Shown here in pieces: positions 31,601-44,486 of a stretch of 64,000 nucleotides of DNA; within the stretch, counting starts at the first letter, position 1; every line of letters starts with the position of its first letter. The notes under the pieces are model-generated. The model had not been told where the DNA came from and made no database searches. It worked only from the letters and a program-made list of their open reading frames with translations. Origin of the DNA: an uncultured Chloroflexia bacterium (GTDB lineage Bacteria; Chloroflexota; Limnocylindria; Limnocylindrales; CSP1-4); the NCBI GenBank assembly GCA_963746845.1, contig CAVVCZ010000001.1, positions 128,001 to 192,000 of the forward strand. The letters are read 5' to 3'. A program made the position numbers and the translations under genes.

Positions 31601-32266
31601 CTACTCGTCCTTCTTCGTCGCGGGCGGCTTGGGCTTGGGGGTCGACTTCGTCGCCGGCTTCGTGTCGGCCGCGCCGCTCTGGGTCTTGGCTCGGGGCGTC
31701 TTCGGCTCCGCCTTCGCGGGAGCGGCCTTGGCGGCCGGCTTCGCGGCGGTGCCCTTGGCCGCGGGCTTGTCCGTTGCCTTGCCGGTCGCCTTGGCCGGCG
31801 TCTTCGCCGGAGCCTTGGCGGCCGACGCCTTGGCGAGCTTCTCCGCGAGGGCGGCGTCCTCGGCGGCCTGCTTCGCTGCAGCTTCCTGGAGACGATCGCG
31901 CTCGGTCTTCGCGGCGGCATCCGCCTTCCGCTTGTCCTCGGCCGCGCTGCGCTCGCCGAGCTTGACGTCGGTGATCCGGAGGATCGTCAGCTCCTGGCGG
32001 TGGCCCTTCTTGACCCGGCGCCGCGCCTTGGGGCGGTACTTGAACGAGATCACCTTCTCGCCGCGATCCCGACGGACGACCTCGGCCTCGACCGCCGCGT
32101 CGGCGACGATCGGCCGCCCGATCGCGGACTCATCGCCGTCGGCGACCAGCAGGACGCGATCGAGGGTGATGTTGCTGCCCGGCTCGGCGTCGAGGAGCTC
32201 GACCTCCAGCTCGGTCCCGACCTCGACGCGGTATTGCTTCCCGCCGGTCTCGATGACTGCGTACAT
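31601..32266 (-). CDS. rplU: 50S ribosomal protein L21 with long Ala/Lys/Pro C-terminal extension
   Basis: [22 protein letters not shown]. Confidence 0.96.
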   Translation of the reverse strand: MYAVIETGGKQYRVEVGTELEVELLDAEPGSNITLDRVLLVADGDESAIGRPIVADAAVEAEVVRRDRGEKVISFKYRPKARRRVKKGHRQELTILRITDVKLGERSAAEDKRKADAAAKTERDRLQEAAAKQAAEDAALAEKLAKASAAKAPAKTPAKATGKATDKPAAKGTAAKPAAKAAPAKAEPKTPRAKTQSGAADTKPATKSTPKPKPPATKKDE

Positions 32267-32355
32267 GGAACCCTTCGGATTGGTGCGGCGGTCGTGGGCC
32301 GACCGCGACAACGGACATGGAGAGTCGCCCGGCAGGGGCCGGAACGCGGAGGCGG

Positions 32356-32385
32356 AGTGTACGTTCGAACGGGCTCGAGCGTCAA
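32356..32385 (-). promoter_or_regulatory. Sigma70-type promoter of rplU-rpmA-rpmE
   Basis: Minus strand TTGACG-N18-TACACT about 90 nt upstream of the rplU ATG. Confidence 0.65.
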
Positions 32386-32419
32386 TTGCGCGGCCGGTCC
32401 GCAACCGGCCGTTGTGTCC

Positions 32420-33184
32420 TCAGCCGGCCCCTTCGCGCCGGAGCTCGTCGGCGAGGATCAGGCGGGTCCGGGTCATCGACCGGACACCGAGCGGGAGCCC
32501 GCTCGCGTCGGCGAGGGCGGCCACGACCTCCTCGGGACGCCCGGCGCCGAGCTCGGGGTCGAACCGCGTCCGGGCGGCGACGACGGACGTCCCGGTCGCA
32601 GTCCTGGCCGGGTCGATCGCGACGTCGATCAACAGCGGCCGCAGGTCATAGCGCTTCTCCGTCGTGCCCTTGAGCCGGACCCGAGGGATCGCGTCGGCGG
32701 TGGCGAGCGCCTCGGCCGCGGCGGCCAGTCGCCGCGCGCGGCCCTCGTCCCCTTCCACGCCGTCGACCTCGATCCGCCAGTCCGCCGCAGCGACCTGGCC
32801 GGCCAGCGCCGCGGATCCGAGCCAGACGTCCTCCGCGTCGACCCACGCATGAGACGCGGGCAGACTCGATCGGAGCGACTCGCGCAGCCGCCAGACCGGG
32901 ATGCGCTCGACGAGCCACAGCTCGAGCAGCTCCCGCTCGCCGCGCGCCGCGGCCGGTAGCGGCGCCCCGAACGCGATCCGCGCCCGGCCGTCGGGTCCAT
33001 CGAGACCCGCGACCGGGAGGCCGGACCGGAGCAGCGTCTCCTGCCAGGCGTCCAGCGCGATCCGCCCGACCTGGTCGGCGTCAACCGGGCCACGGGCGAA
33101 CGCGATCCGCCAGCGCTGGCGCGGCTCGCGCGACGGCGCCGGGCGATCCGCGGGATCGGACGCGTCCCCGGAACGGCGATCCAC
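32420..33184 (-). CDS. DUF2344 / TIGR03936-like (radical-SAM-linked) protein, divergent
   Basis: R.RI.F.R, R.GLP, I.F..PLP.....E.E..EL, K..D.RP, G..RP.E; usual position upstream of rplU; start uncertain (33184 or 33214). Confidence 0.7.
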   Translation of the reverse strand: MDRRSGDASDPADRPAPSREPRQRWRIAFARGPVDADQVGRIALDAWQETLLRSGLPVAGLDGPDGRARIAFGAPLPAAARGERELLELWLVERIPVWRLRESLRSSLPASHAWVDAEDVWLGSAALAGQVAAADWRIEVDGVEGDEGRARRLAAAAEALATADAIPRVRLKGTTEKRYDLRPLLIDVAIDPARTATGTSVVAARTRFDPELGAGRPEEVVAALADASGLPLGVRSMTRTRLILADELRREGAG

Positions 33185-33204
33185 GTCTGCTAGTCTCCCG
33201 CGCG

Positions 33205-33855
33205 ATGGATCCATACAAGGTCCTCCAGGTCGATCCCGAGGCGGAGGACGAAGTGGTCCAGGCCGCGTATCGGCGGCTGGCGCAGAAGTATCACCCCGAC
33301 GTGGCGGGCCCGGATGGCTCGGCCCGGATGGCGTCGATCAACGCGGCGTGGGAGCTCCTCCGGGATCCGGGCCGCCGCGCTGCGTACGATCGGGAGCTGC
33401 GGGCGGCGGCGCGGGCCGCCGAACGTGCGGCCGAGGCGGCGTCGGCCCCTCCACGGGCGAGTGCGGCCCCGACGGCGGCGGCCGGCGGGCCCGCGTCCAC
33501 GGTGGGTCCGACCGCACCGCGGCCGCCGGAGACGGTGTCCTCGGACTGGTCGAGCGGGCGCTCGAGCACCGGGAGCGGCTACGACCCGTCCCGGATGCGC
33601 GCACCGGACGGGCACGGGGCGGCCGGTCCGCCGCCGGGCGATCCGTCCGGCACGGTCCTCGCCTTCGGGCGGTACGCCGGGTGGTCGCTCGGCGAGATCG
33701 GCCGCAAGGACGTCGACTACCTCGAATGGCTCGACCGGATGCCGATCGGCCGGCCGTACCGCGACGAGATCGACGTGCTGCTCCGCAAGGCCGGCCGACG
33801 ACGCAGCGCGACGGGCGACGCGGCGGACCGCCGAGGGCTGTTCCGCCGGCGCTGA
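33205..33855 (+). CDS. J-domain protein with C-terminal FG(R/K)Y.G...YL.WL (DUF3820-like) module
   Basis: DPY.VL.V...A....V..AYRRLA.KYHPD, IN.A.E.L.DP..R..YD; C-terminal FGRYAGWSL.EI...D..YLEWL. Confidence 0.85.
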   Translation: MDPYKVLQVDPEAEDEVVQAAYRRLAQKYHPDVAGPDGSARMASINAAWELLRDPGRRAAYDRELRAAARAAERAAEAASAPPRASAAPTAAAGGPASTVGPTAPRPPETVSSDWSSGRSSTGSGYDPSRMRAPDGHGAAGPPPGDPSGTVLAFGRYAGWSLGEIGRKDVDYLEWLDRMPIGRPYRDEIDVLLRKAGRRRSATGDAADRRGLFRRR

Positions 33856-33875
33856 GCCGACCCGGCCCGCGCCGC

Positions 33876-35150
33876 TCAGACGGGCGCGATGTCCGCCGCG
33901 GCGTCGGGAGCATCGGCGGCGCCTGCGGCGTCCGCGGCGCCGGAACGACGGACGACCCACGACACCGTCGTCCCCTGGATCAGCAGGGTGAACAGCACCA
34001 CGCCGAACGTGATCCCCTGCAGGAGGTCGCGGTTCGGCAGATCGGCCGGCAGCGACAGGGCGAGCGCCACCGATACGGCGCCGCGGAGGCCGGCCCAGAA
34101 CAGCACATGCAGCCAGGCGAGCGGGACGGCGGTGTCCGCCGCGCGACCTGGGCGGCGGACGATCCGCAGCACGCCGCCGAGCAGTCCGTAGACGACGACC
34201 GCCCGGGCGATGAGGATTGCGACGATCCCCCACCCGATTGGCCCGAGTGCGTGGACGATCGTTCCCGGGGCGATCGAGACCCCGACCAGGAGGAACACCG
34301 TGGCCGTCAACAGGAAGGCGACGAGCTCCCACACGACGTCGATCGTTTCCGTCGCGCGCTCGGACAGGGCATCGCGCGCCAGGTTCCCGAAGACGCCGGC
34401 CGCGACGAGCGTCGCGATCACGCCCGATCCGCCGAGCTGGGCGGCCACGAGATACGTCCCGTAGGCGAGCACGATCGTGATCGTCAGCTCGATCAGGTGG
34501 TCGTCGACACGCCGGATCAGGCGCGCCGCCCCCCAGCCGACGGCGGCCCCCAGCACGCTGCTGCCGACGACGGACAGGATGAACTCGAGCGCGGCGGCAC
34601 CGACGGACCCGTGACCGGCGAGGAGGTCGAGTGCGAGCGCGAACAGGACGATCCCGGTCCCGTCGTTGACGAGGCTCTCCATCTCGACCGTCGTCGCCAG
34701 GCGCTCCGGGACGCGCACCCGTCGGAACGTCGACAGGACCGCCGCCGGGTCGGTCGCGGCAACCATCGCCCCGACGACGAAGGCCTCGGTCGGGGTCAGG
34801 ACCGTCGTCGCCGCCAGGATCAGCGCGACGATCCCGGCCACGATCACGACCCCGGGGATCGCGAGGAGGAAGATCCCGGCCGCGGTCGGGCGGAGCACGT
34901 CAATGTTCGTGCGGAACGCGGCCTCGAACACGAGGCCGGGCAGGACGATCGCGAGCAGCAGGTCCGGGCTGACCGGGAGCGCCGTCGAGAGCGAGACGCT
35001 CGGCCCGACGAGGGCGATGACCAGGCCGACGACGACCAGCACGACCGAGGACGGAAAGGCCCAGCGGCGGGTCAGGATCGCGACGGCGGCGGACGCCGCC
35101 AGCAGGGCGACGAGCAGCCAGAGTGGGGCGAGCGACCCGGGATCCGTCAC
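33876..35150 (-). CDS. CPA1-family (NhaP-like) cation/H+ antiporter
   Basis: LP.L.FEA, ATDP.AV, ESL.NDG, W.GLRGA.S.ALAL. Confidence 0.92.
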   Translation of the reverse strand: MTDPGSLAPLWLLVALLAASAAVAILTRRWAFPSSVVLVVVGLVIALVGPSVSLSTALPVSPDLLLAIVLPGLVFEAAFRTNIDVLRPTAAGIFLLAIPGVVIVAGIVALILAATTVLTPTEAFVVGAMVAATDPAAVLSTFRRVRVPERLATTVEMESLVNDGTGIVLFALALDLLAGHGSVGAAALEFILSVVGSSVLGAAVGWGAARLIRRVDDHLIELTITIVLAYGTYLVAAQLGGSGVIATLVAAGVFGNLARDALSERATETIDVVWELVAFLLTATVFLLVGVSIAPGTIVHALGPIGWGIVAILIARAVVVYGLLGGVLRIVRRPGRAADTAVPLAWLHVLFWAGLRGAVSVALALSLPADLPNRDLLQGITFGVVLFTLLIQGTTVSWVVRRSGAADAAGAADAPDAAADIAPV

Positions 35151-35193
35151 GGCCCCGCCGCCGCATCGCCGCGCCCGTCATCGGACGCGGCGC

Positions 35194-36354
35194 TCACCAC
35201 TCGGCGCGGGTTTGTCTGATGTTGATGCTCTGGACGATGCCGAGGCCCACGGCGAGGCTGATCAGCGACGCGCCGCCGTGCGAGATGAACGGGAGTGGGA
35301 TGCCGGTGATCGGCATCAGCCCGATGACCATGCCCAGGTTGACGAACAGCTGGAACACGATCATCGACGCGAGCCCACTGGCGAACACCATCCCGAACGG
35401 GTCCTTCGAGCGCCAGCCGGCGACCATCACGCGCCACACGAGCGCCGAGAACAGGACGAGCAGGATCATGGCGCCGATGAACCCGAGCTCCTCGAGATAG
35501 ATCGCCGCCACGAAGTCGCTCTCCTGCACGGGCAGGAAGTTCAGCTGGTTCTGGGACCCGTTCGTGAGTCCCGTCCCGGTCCAGCCGCCGGAGCCCACCG
35601 CGATCAGCGACTGGTTCACCTGGTAGCCGGCGCCCTGCGGGTCCGTCGCGGGGTTGATGAAGGCGTTGATCCGGGCCTTCTGGTAGTCGCGGAGCAGGTA
35701 GGTCCAGATCACCGGGAGCGACGCGAGGACGAGCGCCATCATCCCGCCGAGCCAGGCGAGGCTCGCCCCGGACATGAACAGCATCCCGCCGAGGATCGCG
35801 AGGAGCACCAGGGAGGTGCCGAGGTCCGGCTGGAGCATGACGAGGATCCACGGCGGGGCGACGAGGACGCACGCCCCGAGGATCGACGGCAGCGACCGGA
35901 GCTTGCCCTGCCGGGCGCCGAGGTAGTTCGCGAGGACGACGATCATCAGGATCTTCGCCAGCTCGCTGAACTGGAAGTCGAACGGGCCGATCGAGATCCA
36001 GCGCGACGCGCCGCCCACGCCGTGGCCGATCGCCAGGGTCAGGGCGAGCAGCCCCAGCTGGAGCAGGTACAGCGGCCAGGCGAACGTCTTGAGCCACTTG
36101 TAGTCGAACGCGGTCGTCACGACGAACGCGATCAGGGCGATCCCCGTCCACATCAGCCCGCGCACAAACGTCGTCCCGTTCGAGAGCACTGCCTGACCCT
36201 GCTCGACGCTGTTGGTGTAGGCCATCACGAGGCCGAGGACCGAGAGCAGCCCGGCGTAGGCGGCGAGCTGAAGGTCGAACGCGCGCCAGGCGGCCCCGAT
36301 GGACTTCGCCGCCCAGTCGGTCATGCGGGCCGGCTCGGCGCGGATCACGCCCAT
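35194..36354 (-). CDS. rodA: SEDS-family peptidoglycan polymerase RodA
   Basis: GA.RWI, FQ.SE..K, QPDLGT, YQ..RI, GYQ..QS.IA.GSGG, P.TGIPLPF.S.GG; follows mrdA. Confidence 0.93.
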   Translation of the reverse strand: MGVIRAEPARMTDWAAKSIGAAWRAFDLQLAAYAGLLSVLGLVMAYTNSVEQGQAVLSNGTTFVRGLMWTGIALIAFVVTTAFDYKWLKTFAWPLYLLQLGLLALTLAIGHGVGGASRWISIGPFDFQFSELAKILMIVVLANYLGARQGKLRSLPSILGACVLVAPPWILVMLQPDLGTSLVLLAILGGMLFMSGASLAWLGGMMALVLASLPVIWTYLLRDYQKARINAFINPATDPQGAGYQVNQSLIAVGSGGWTGTGLTNGSQNQLNFLPVQESDFVAAIYLEELGFIGAMILLVLFSALVWRVMVAGWRSKDPFGMVFASGLASMIVFQLFVNLGMVIGLMPITGIPLPFISHGGASLISLAVGLGIVQSINIRQTRAEW

Positions 36355-36394
36355 GGCCGGCTCCCGGAGGCGCCCTGGATCGTCGACGTCGTCA

Positions 36395-38317
36395 TCAGTT
36401 CGACTGGTAGAAGTTGCCGCGCTCGAGGAGATTGAAGTTCCGGTAATCGTGCTTGATCCCGTAGTGGAGCTGCAGGTAGTACTTGACGATCTCGGTGGCG
36501 GCGTTGCCCTTGGTCCGCGAGTCGTAGGCGAAGGCGAGGACGACCAGGCCCGCGTCCTCGCGGCCGACGGCCTTGAGCCCGCCGGGGTCCGACGCGCTCT
36601 TCGCGGGGTTCTTCGGCACGAACGCGATGAACCACGAGTGGAACGGGAGGCGGCCCCGGCTGTCGCGGAGCCCGAACTCGGCGGTTCCGGACTTGCCGGC
36701 CACGACGATCGGCAGGTCGACCAGGTTGTACGTGTGCCGCACGAGCACGACGTTCCGGGCGGCCTCGCGCATCACCTTCAGGGTGCTCCGCGGCACGTCC
36801 AGCCGGCGGATGAGCTTCGGCTTGAACGGCCGGACGACCGTGCCATCCGGCCCGACGATGTCGTGGACGATCTGCGGCTGGTACAGCTTCCCGCCGTTCG
36901 CGAGGGCCGCGTACGCGTTGATCAGCTGGATCGGGGTGACGACGTCGTAGCCCTGGCCGATCCCGGCCTGGTACGTCTCGCCCGGGAAGATATCGTCGCC
37001 GAACGTTGCCTGCTTCCAGGCGTTCGATGGGACGATCCCGGAGACCTCACCGGGCAGGTCGATCCCGGTCGGCGCCCCGAAGCCGAACTCTTTCGCCCAG
37101 TGGGCCAGTCGGTCGATCCCGAGCATGCCGGCGAGCTGAAAGAAGAAGGTGTCGCTGGAGTGCGCGAACCCGAGCTTGATCGGGATCGGGCCCCAGCCGC
37201 GATGGTTCCACTCCCAGAACTTCGTCTGGCCGAGGAGGAGGTACGGCCGGGTCCGGACGCGAGTCTGCGGCGTGATCTTGTGATCGGTCAGGGCGCCCGT
37301 CCCCGTGACGAGTTTGTACGTCGAGCCCGGCGGGTAGTGGGCCTGGGTGGCGTGGTTCAGCAGCGGCTTGTTCGGGTCCGCGAGGAGCTTCGCATACGCC
37401 TTGCTGCTGATCCCGCGGGCGAACGCGTTGTCGTCGTACGTCGGCAGGCTGACCATCGCGAGGATCTCGCCGGTCTGGGGGTTCTCGACGATCACGACGC
37501 CGCGCTTGAGCCCGGCCGCGCGCATGCCCCACTGGAGGGCCTTCTGGGCGAGCTGTTGCTCCTTCGTGTCGATCGTCAGGTGGAGCGAGTCGCCCGACGT
37601 GGCCTGCGAGACCGTCTGCAAGTCCTGGACCACTCGGCCGGCGGCGTCCTTCTCGACCGTCTTCTCGCCATAGGTGCCCCGGAGCTGCGTCTCGTAGTAC
37701 GCCTCCAGACCCGTCTTCCCGAGGAGGTCATCGGGGAGATAGCCCTTGGCCTTCAGGTCGGCGAGCTGATCGGGTGCGACCGGTCCCGTGTAGCCGAGGA
37801 TCTGCGACACGAGCGGGCCCTCGGGGTACTGGCGGCGCGCCTCGACCGCGACCTCCACACCGGGCAACGCATCACCTGCCTCGGCGAGGAGCCGGGCGGT
37901 CGCGTCGGGCACGTCCGTCGCGACCCTGACCAGGTCGAATCGCGAGCCCGGGTTGCTGTCGATCGCGCCGTTGATGTCCGCTGGGTCCATGTTCAGCAGT
38001 GTCGCCAGCCGCGCCACGACTTCGTCGCGTCGCTCCTCCGGAAGGTCGACCGGCCGGATCTTCACTGCGAACGTCGGCACGTTCGTCACGAGCGCCACGC
38101 CCTTCCGATCGAAGATCAGGCCGCGTGCCGACGGGATCGCCTCGGCCGCGGTCCGGTTCCCTTCGCTGAGGGCCGTGAACTGTCCGCCGTTGACGATCTG
38201 CAGGTAGAACAGCCGTGTCGTGAGGCCGGCGACCGCAAGAATCGCCGCCAGACCGAAGACGAGGAAGCGGCTGCTCGGGCGCGAGTATTCCGTTCGGCCG
38301 TCCACGAACGGGTTCAT
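36395..38317 (-). CDS. mrdA: Penicillin-binding protein 2
   Basis: RG.I.DR.G, GK.GLE, YPPGSTYK (SxxK), SSD, KSGTAE. Confidence 0.93.
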   Translation of the reverse strand: MNPFVDGRTEYSRPSSRFLVFGLAAILAVAGLTTRLFYLQIVNGGQFTALSEGNRTAAEAIPSARGLIFDRKGVALVTNVPTFAVKIRPVDLPEERRDEVVARLATLLNMDPADINGAIDSNPGSRFDLVRVATDVPDATARLLAEAGDALPGVEVAVEARRQYPEGPLVSQILGYTGPVAPDQLADLKAKGYLPDDLLGKTGLEAYYETQLRGTYGEKTVEKDAAGRVVQDLQTVSQATSGDSLHLTIDTKEQQLAQKALQWGMRAAGLKRGVVIVENPQTGEILAMVSLPTYDDNAFARGISSKAYAKLLADPNKPLLNHATQAHYPPGSTYKLVTGTGALTDHKITPQTRVRTRPYLLLGQTKFWEWNHRGWGPIPIKLGFAHSSDTFFFQLAGMLGIDRLAHWAKEFGFGAPTGIDLPGEVSGIVPSNAWKQATFGDDIFPGETYQAGIGQGYDVVTPIQLINAYAALANGGKLYQPQIVHDIVGPDGTVVRPFKPKLIRRLDVPRSTLKVMREAARNVVLVRHTYNLVDLPIVVAGKSGTAEFGLRDSRGRLPFHSWFIAFVPKNPAKSASDPGGLKAVGREDAGLVVLAFAYDSRTKGNAATEIVKYYLQLHYGIKHDYRNFNLLERGNFYQSN

Positions 38318-38817
38318 CGCGGCGCGCGCTCCTCTTCATGCACGAACCGGTCGTGGATCGACACGGCGAGCGGGCCGAAGATCGCGGCGACGATCACGTC
38401 ATACAGCACGCTCGGTGCGACGAACCGCAGCGGATCCGTGATGGCCGCTGCGGGACGCAGGATCGAGAACAGGAGGACGAGGGTCATCGAGTACAACAAG
38501 CTGAGGATGGCGGTGGCGATGATGGCGACGATCGGACGGATGCGATGGAGGGGGCGGGCGATCGCCGCGGTCAATCCGACGGCGATGAGCAGGGCGAAGG
38601 CGGTGCTGCCAAGGGGTCGTTGCGAGAGGGTGTCGAGCGCGAGCCCGCCGGCGAACGCCCAGACGAGACCGCTGTCGAGTCCGACGGCGACCGTCCAGAC
38701 GACCGCCAGGACGAAGACGAGATGCGGCTGGGCATCGCCCACCCGGAGATATGGGGTGATGGTCGATTCGACGATGGCAGTCACCGTCGCTGCGATCGCG
38801 GCGACCAGCAAAGTCAT
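38314..38817 (-). CDS. mreD: Rod shape-determining protein MreD
   Basis: P.LV, G...AF.GGL.LD.LS..PLG; hydrophobic; ATGA-coupled to mrdA. Confidence 0.85.
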   Translation of the reverse strand: MTLLVAAIAATVTAIVESTITPYLRVGDAQPHLVFVLAVVWTVAVGLDSGLVWAFAGGLALDTLSQRPLGSTAFALLIAVGLTAAIARPLHRIRPIVAIIATAILSLLYSMTLVLLFSILRPAAAITDPLRFVAPSVLYDVIVAAIFGPLAVSIHDRFVHEEERAPR

Positions 38818-39022
38818 GGACAGTCCGATCCTCGGCGATCCCAATCGCGCCCAGATCGCGCGTGACGTCTGACGATCGGCGGCGGCGGTGACGTTCGGCG
38901 GCAGTATCCCATGCATCGTCCCGAACGGGCAATGGTCGGTGGGGACACGCGCGCACGCAGGCCCGACGGACCGATCTTGCGGCACTCCCGCCGCCGCCCT
39001 CACGGAATCGTCCCGTTGCCGG

Positions 39023-39038
39023 GGTTTCACGTGAAACC
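39023..39038. promoter_or_regulatory. parS centromere-like site
   Basis: GGTTTCACGTGAAACC perfect palindrome, 14/16 match to TGTTTCACGTGAAACA, about 160 nt upstream of parA. Confidence 0.85.
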
Positions 39039-39155
39039 TCGAGGCTCCGCCGCAAGGCGCAAGTGACCGGGAGGCGATGCCCGGTGAACCCGCGGATGAG
39101 CGCCCTGGACGACCATGCCGCGAGGCGCCGAATCGAGGGGCCGAACCGCCCCGGA

Positions 39156-39164
39156 TGCTAGAAT
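39156..39164 (+). promoter_or_regulatory. Extended -10 promoter element of the parAB-gyrB operon
   Basis: TGcTAGAAT 35 nt upstream of the parA GTG. Confidence 0.6.
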
Positions 39165-39199
39165 AGGTGCTCGTGACAGCTTCTTCGTGGCGATCCTGA

Positions 39200-43457
<4,258 letters not shown>

Positions 43458-43461
<4 letters not shown>

Positions 43462-44429
43462 GCCCGACCGCGACCCTCAGCCCGATCACGGCCCACGCGA
43501 ACGCGTTCGTGGCCGATCGCCGGCCGGAGGCCGAAGACCTCGGTCGCCGCCTCGCGGACGAGGTCAACGACCCGGACGCGTTCGCCGCGATGCTCCGCGC
43601 CGGGTTCGAGGATCTCTCGGACCCGGCCTATCTCGAGGGTCAGCGCCGGATCGCACCGGGGATCGGGGGGCTCCACGGCGTCCGCTGGCCCCTGATCGAG
43701 GCGGTCAAGCGCGGGTTCCGCGGATCGACCCGCACGGAGCGGACATCCGGCTGGCTCTTCGTCGTCGACCGTCTCCTGCGGGAGCGCACGCTCGAGGAGC
43801 ACTGGTTCGCGTTCGGCCTGCTCGAGCGGCTGATCGTCGACGACACGGAACGTGCGTGGCAGCTGCTCCGCCGAGCCTCGCAGGAGGCCGGCGACTGGAT
43901 CACGGTCGACAGCCTCGCCCACCCGGTCGGCAAGGGGATCCTTCTCGAACCCTACCGTTGGGCGGAGCTCGAGCAGCTGGTCTACAGCCCGTCGCGATGG
44001 GAGCGGCGCCTCGTCGGGAGCACGATCGCGACGATGCCGTTCGTCGATCGACGCCACGGTCGCGATCCCGAGGTGGCCCGCCATGGGCTGATGCTGATCG
44101 GGGAGCTGATCGGCGACGCCGAGCCGGACGTGCAGAAGGCGCTCGCCTGGGCGCTGCGATCGCTCGCGGGCGTGGATCGCGCCGGCACGACGGCCTTCCT
44201 CGACGACCAGTCCGCGATCGCCGCCGCGGCCGGCGACGGGCACCGCGCGTGGGTCATCCGCGACGCGCTGCCCAAGATCGACCCCGCCGATGCCGACCGG
44301 ATCCGGGCCCGACTGGACGGCATCCGCCGGCACGCCGGCGCCCCCTCGACCTCCCGCGCGGCGGAAGCCGTGGCGCGCTTCGACGACGGCCGTCTCGGTG
44401 TGCCGATCCCGCAGCCACCACTGATCTGA
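43458..44429 (+). CDS. AlkD-like HEAT-repeat DNA alkylation repair family protein
   Basis: GVR.P, W..VD.LA, S..RWERR, D.E..VQKA..WALR; ATGA overlap with PaaI stop. Confidence 0.75.
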
Positions 44430-44486
44430 GACCGACGATGATCACGACATCGACCCAAACGAACGATCGTTAGGAGAGCCTGACCC

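Noticed and set aside
39005-39134. Enrichment of GANTC sites in promoters (also at 298, 20210, 48531, 49374)
   Set aside because: GANTC is also common in coding regions here and the intergenic count looks near chance; needs genome-wide statistics
38818-39199. oriC in the mreD-parA divergent gap
   Set aside because: No DnaA-box cluster or AT-rich unwinding element; only parS and promoter elements
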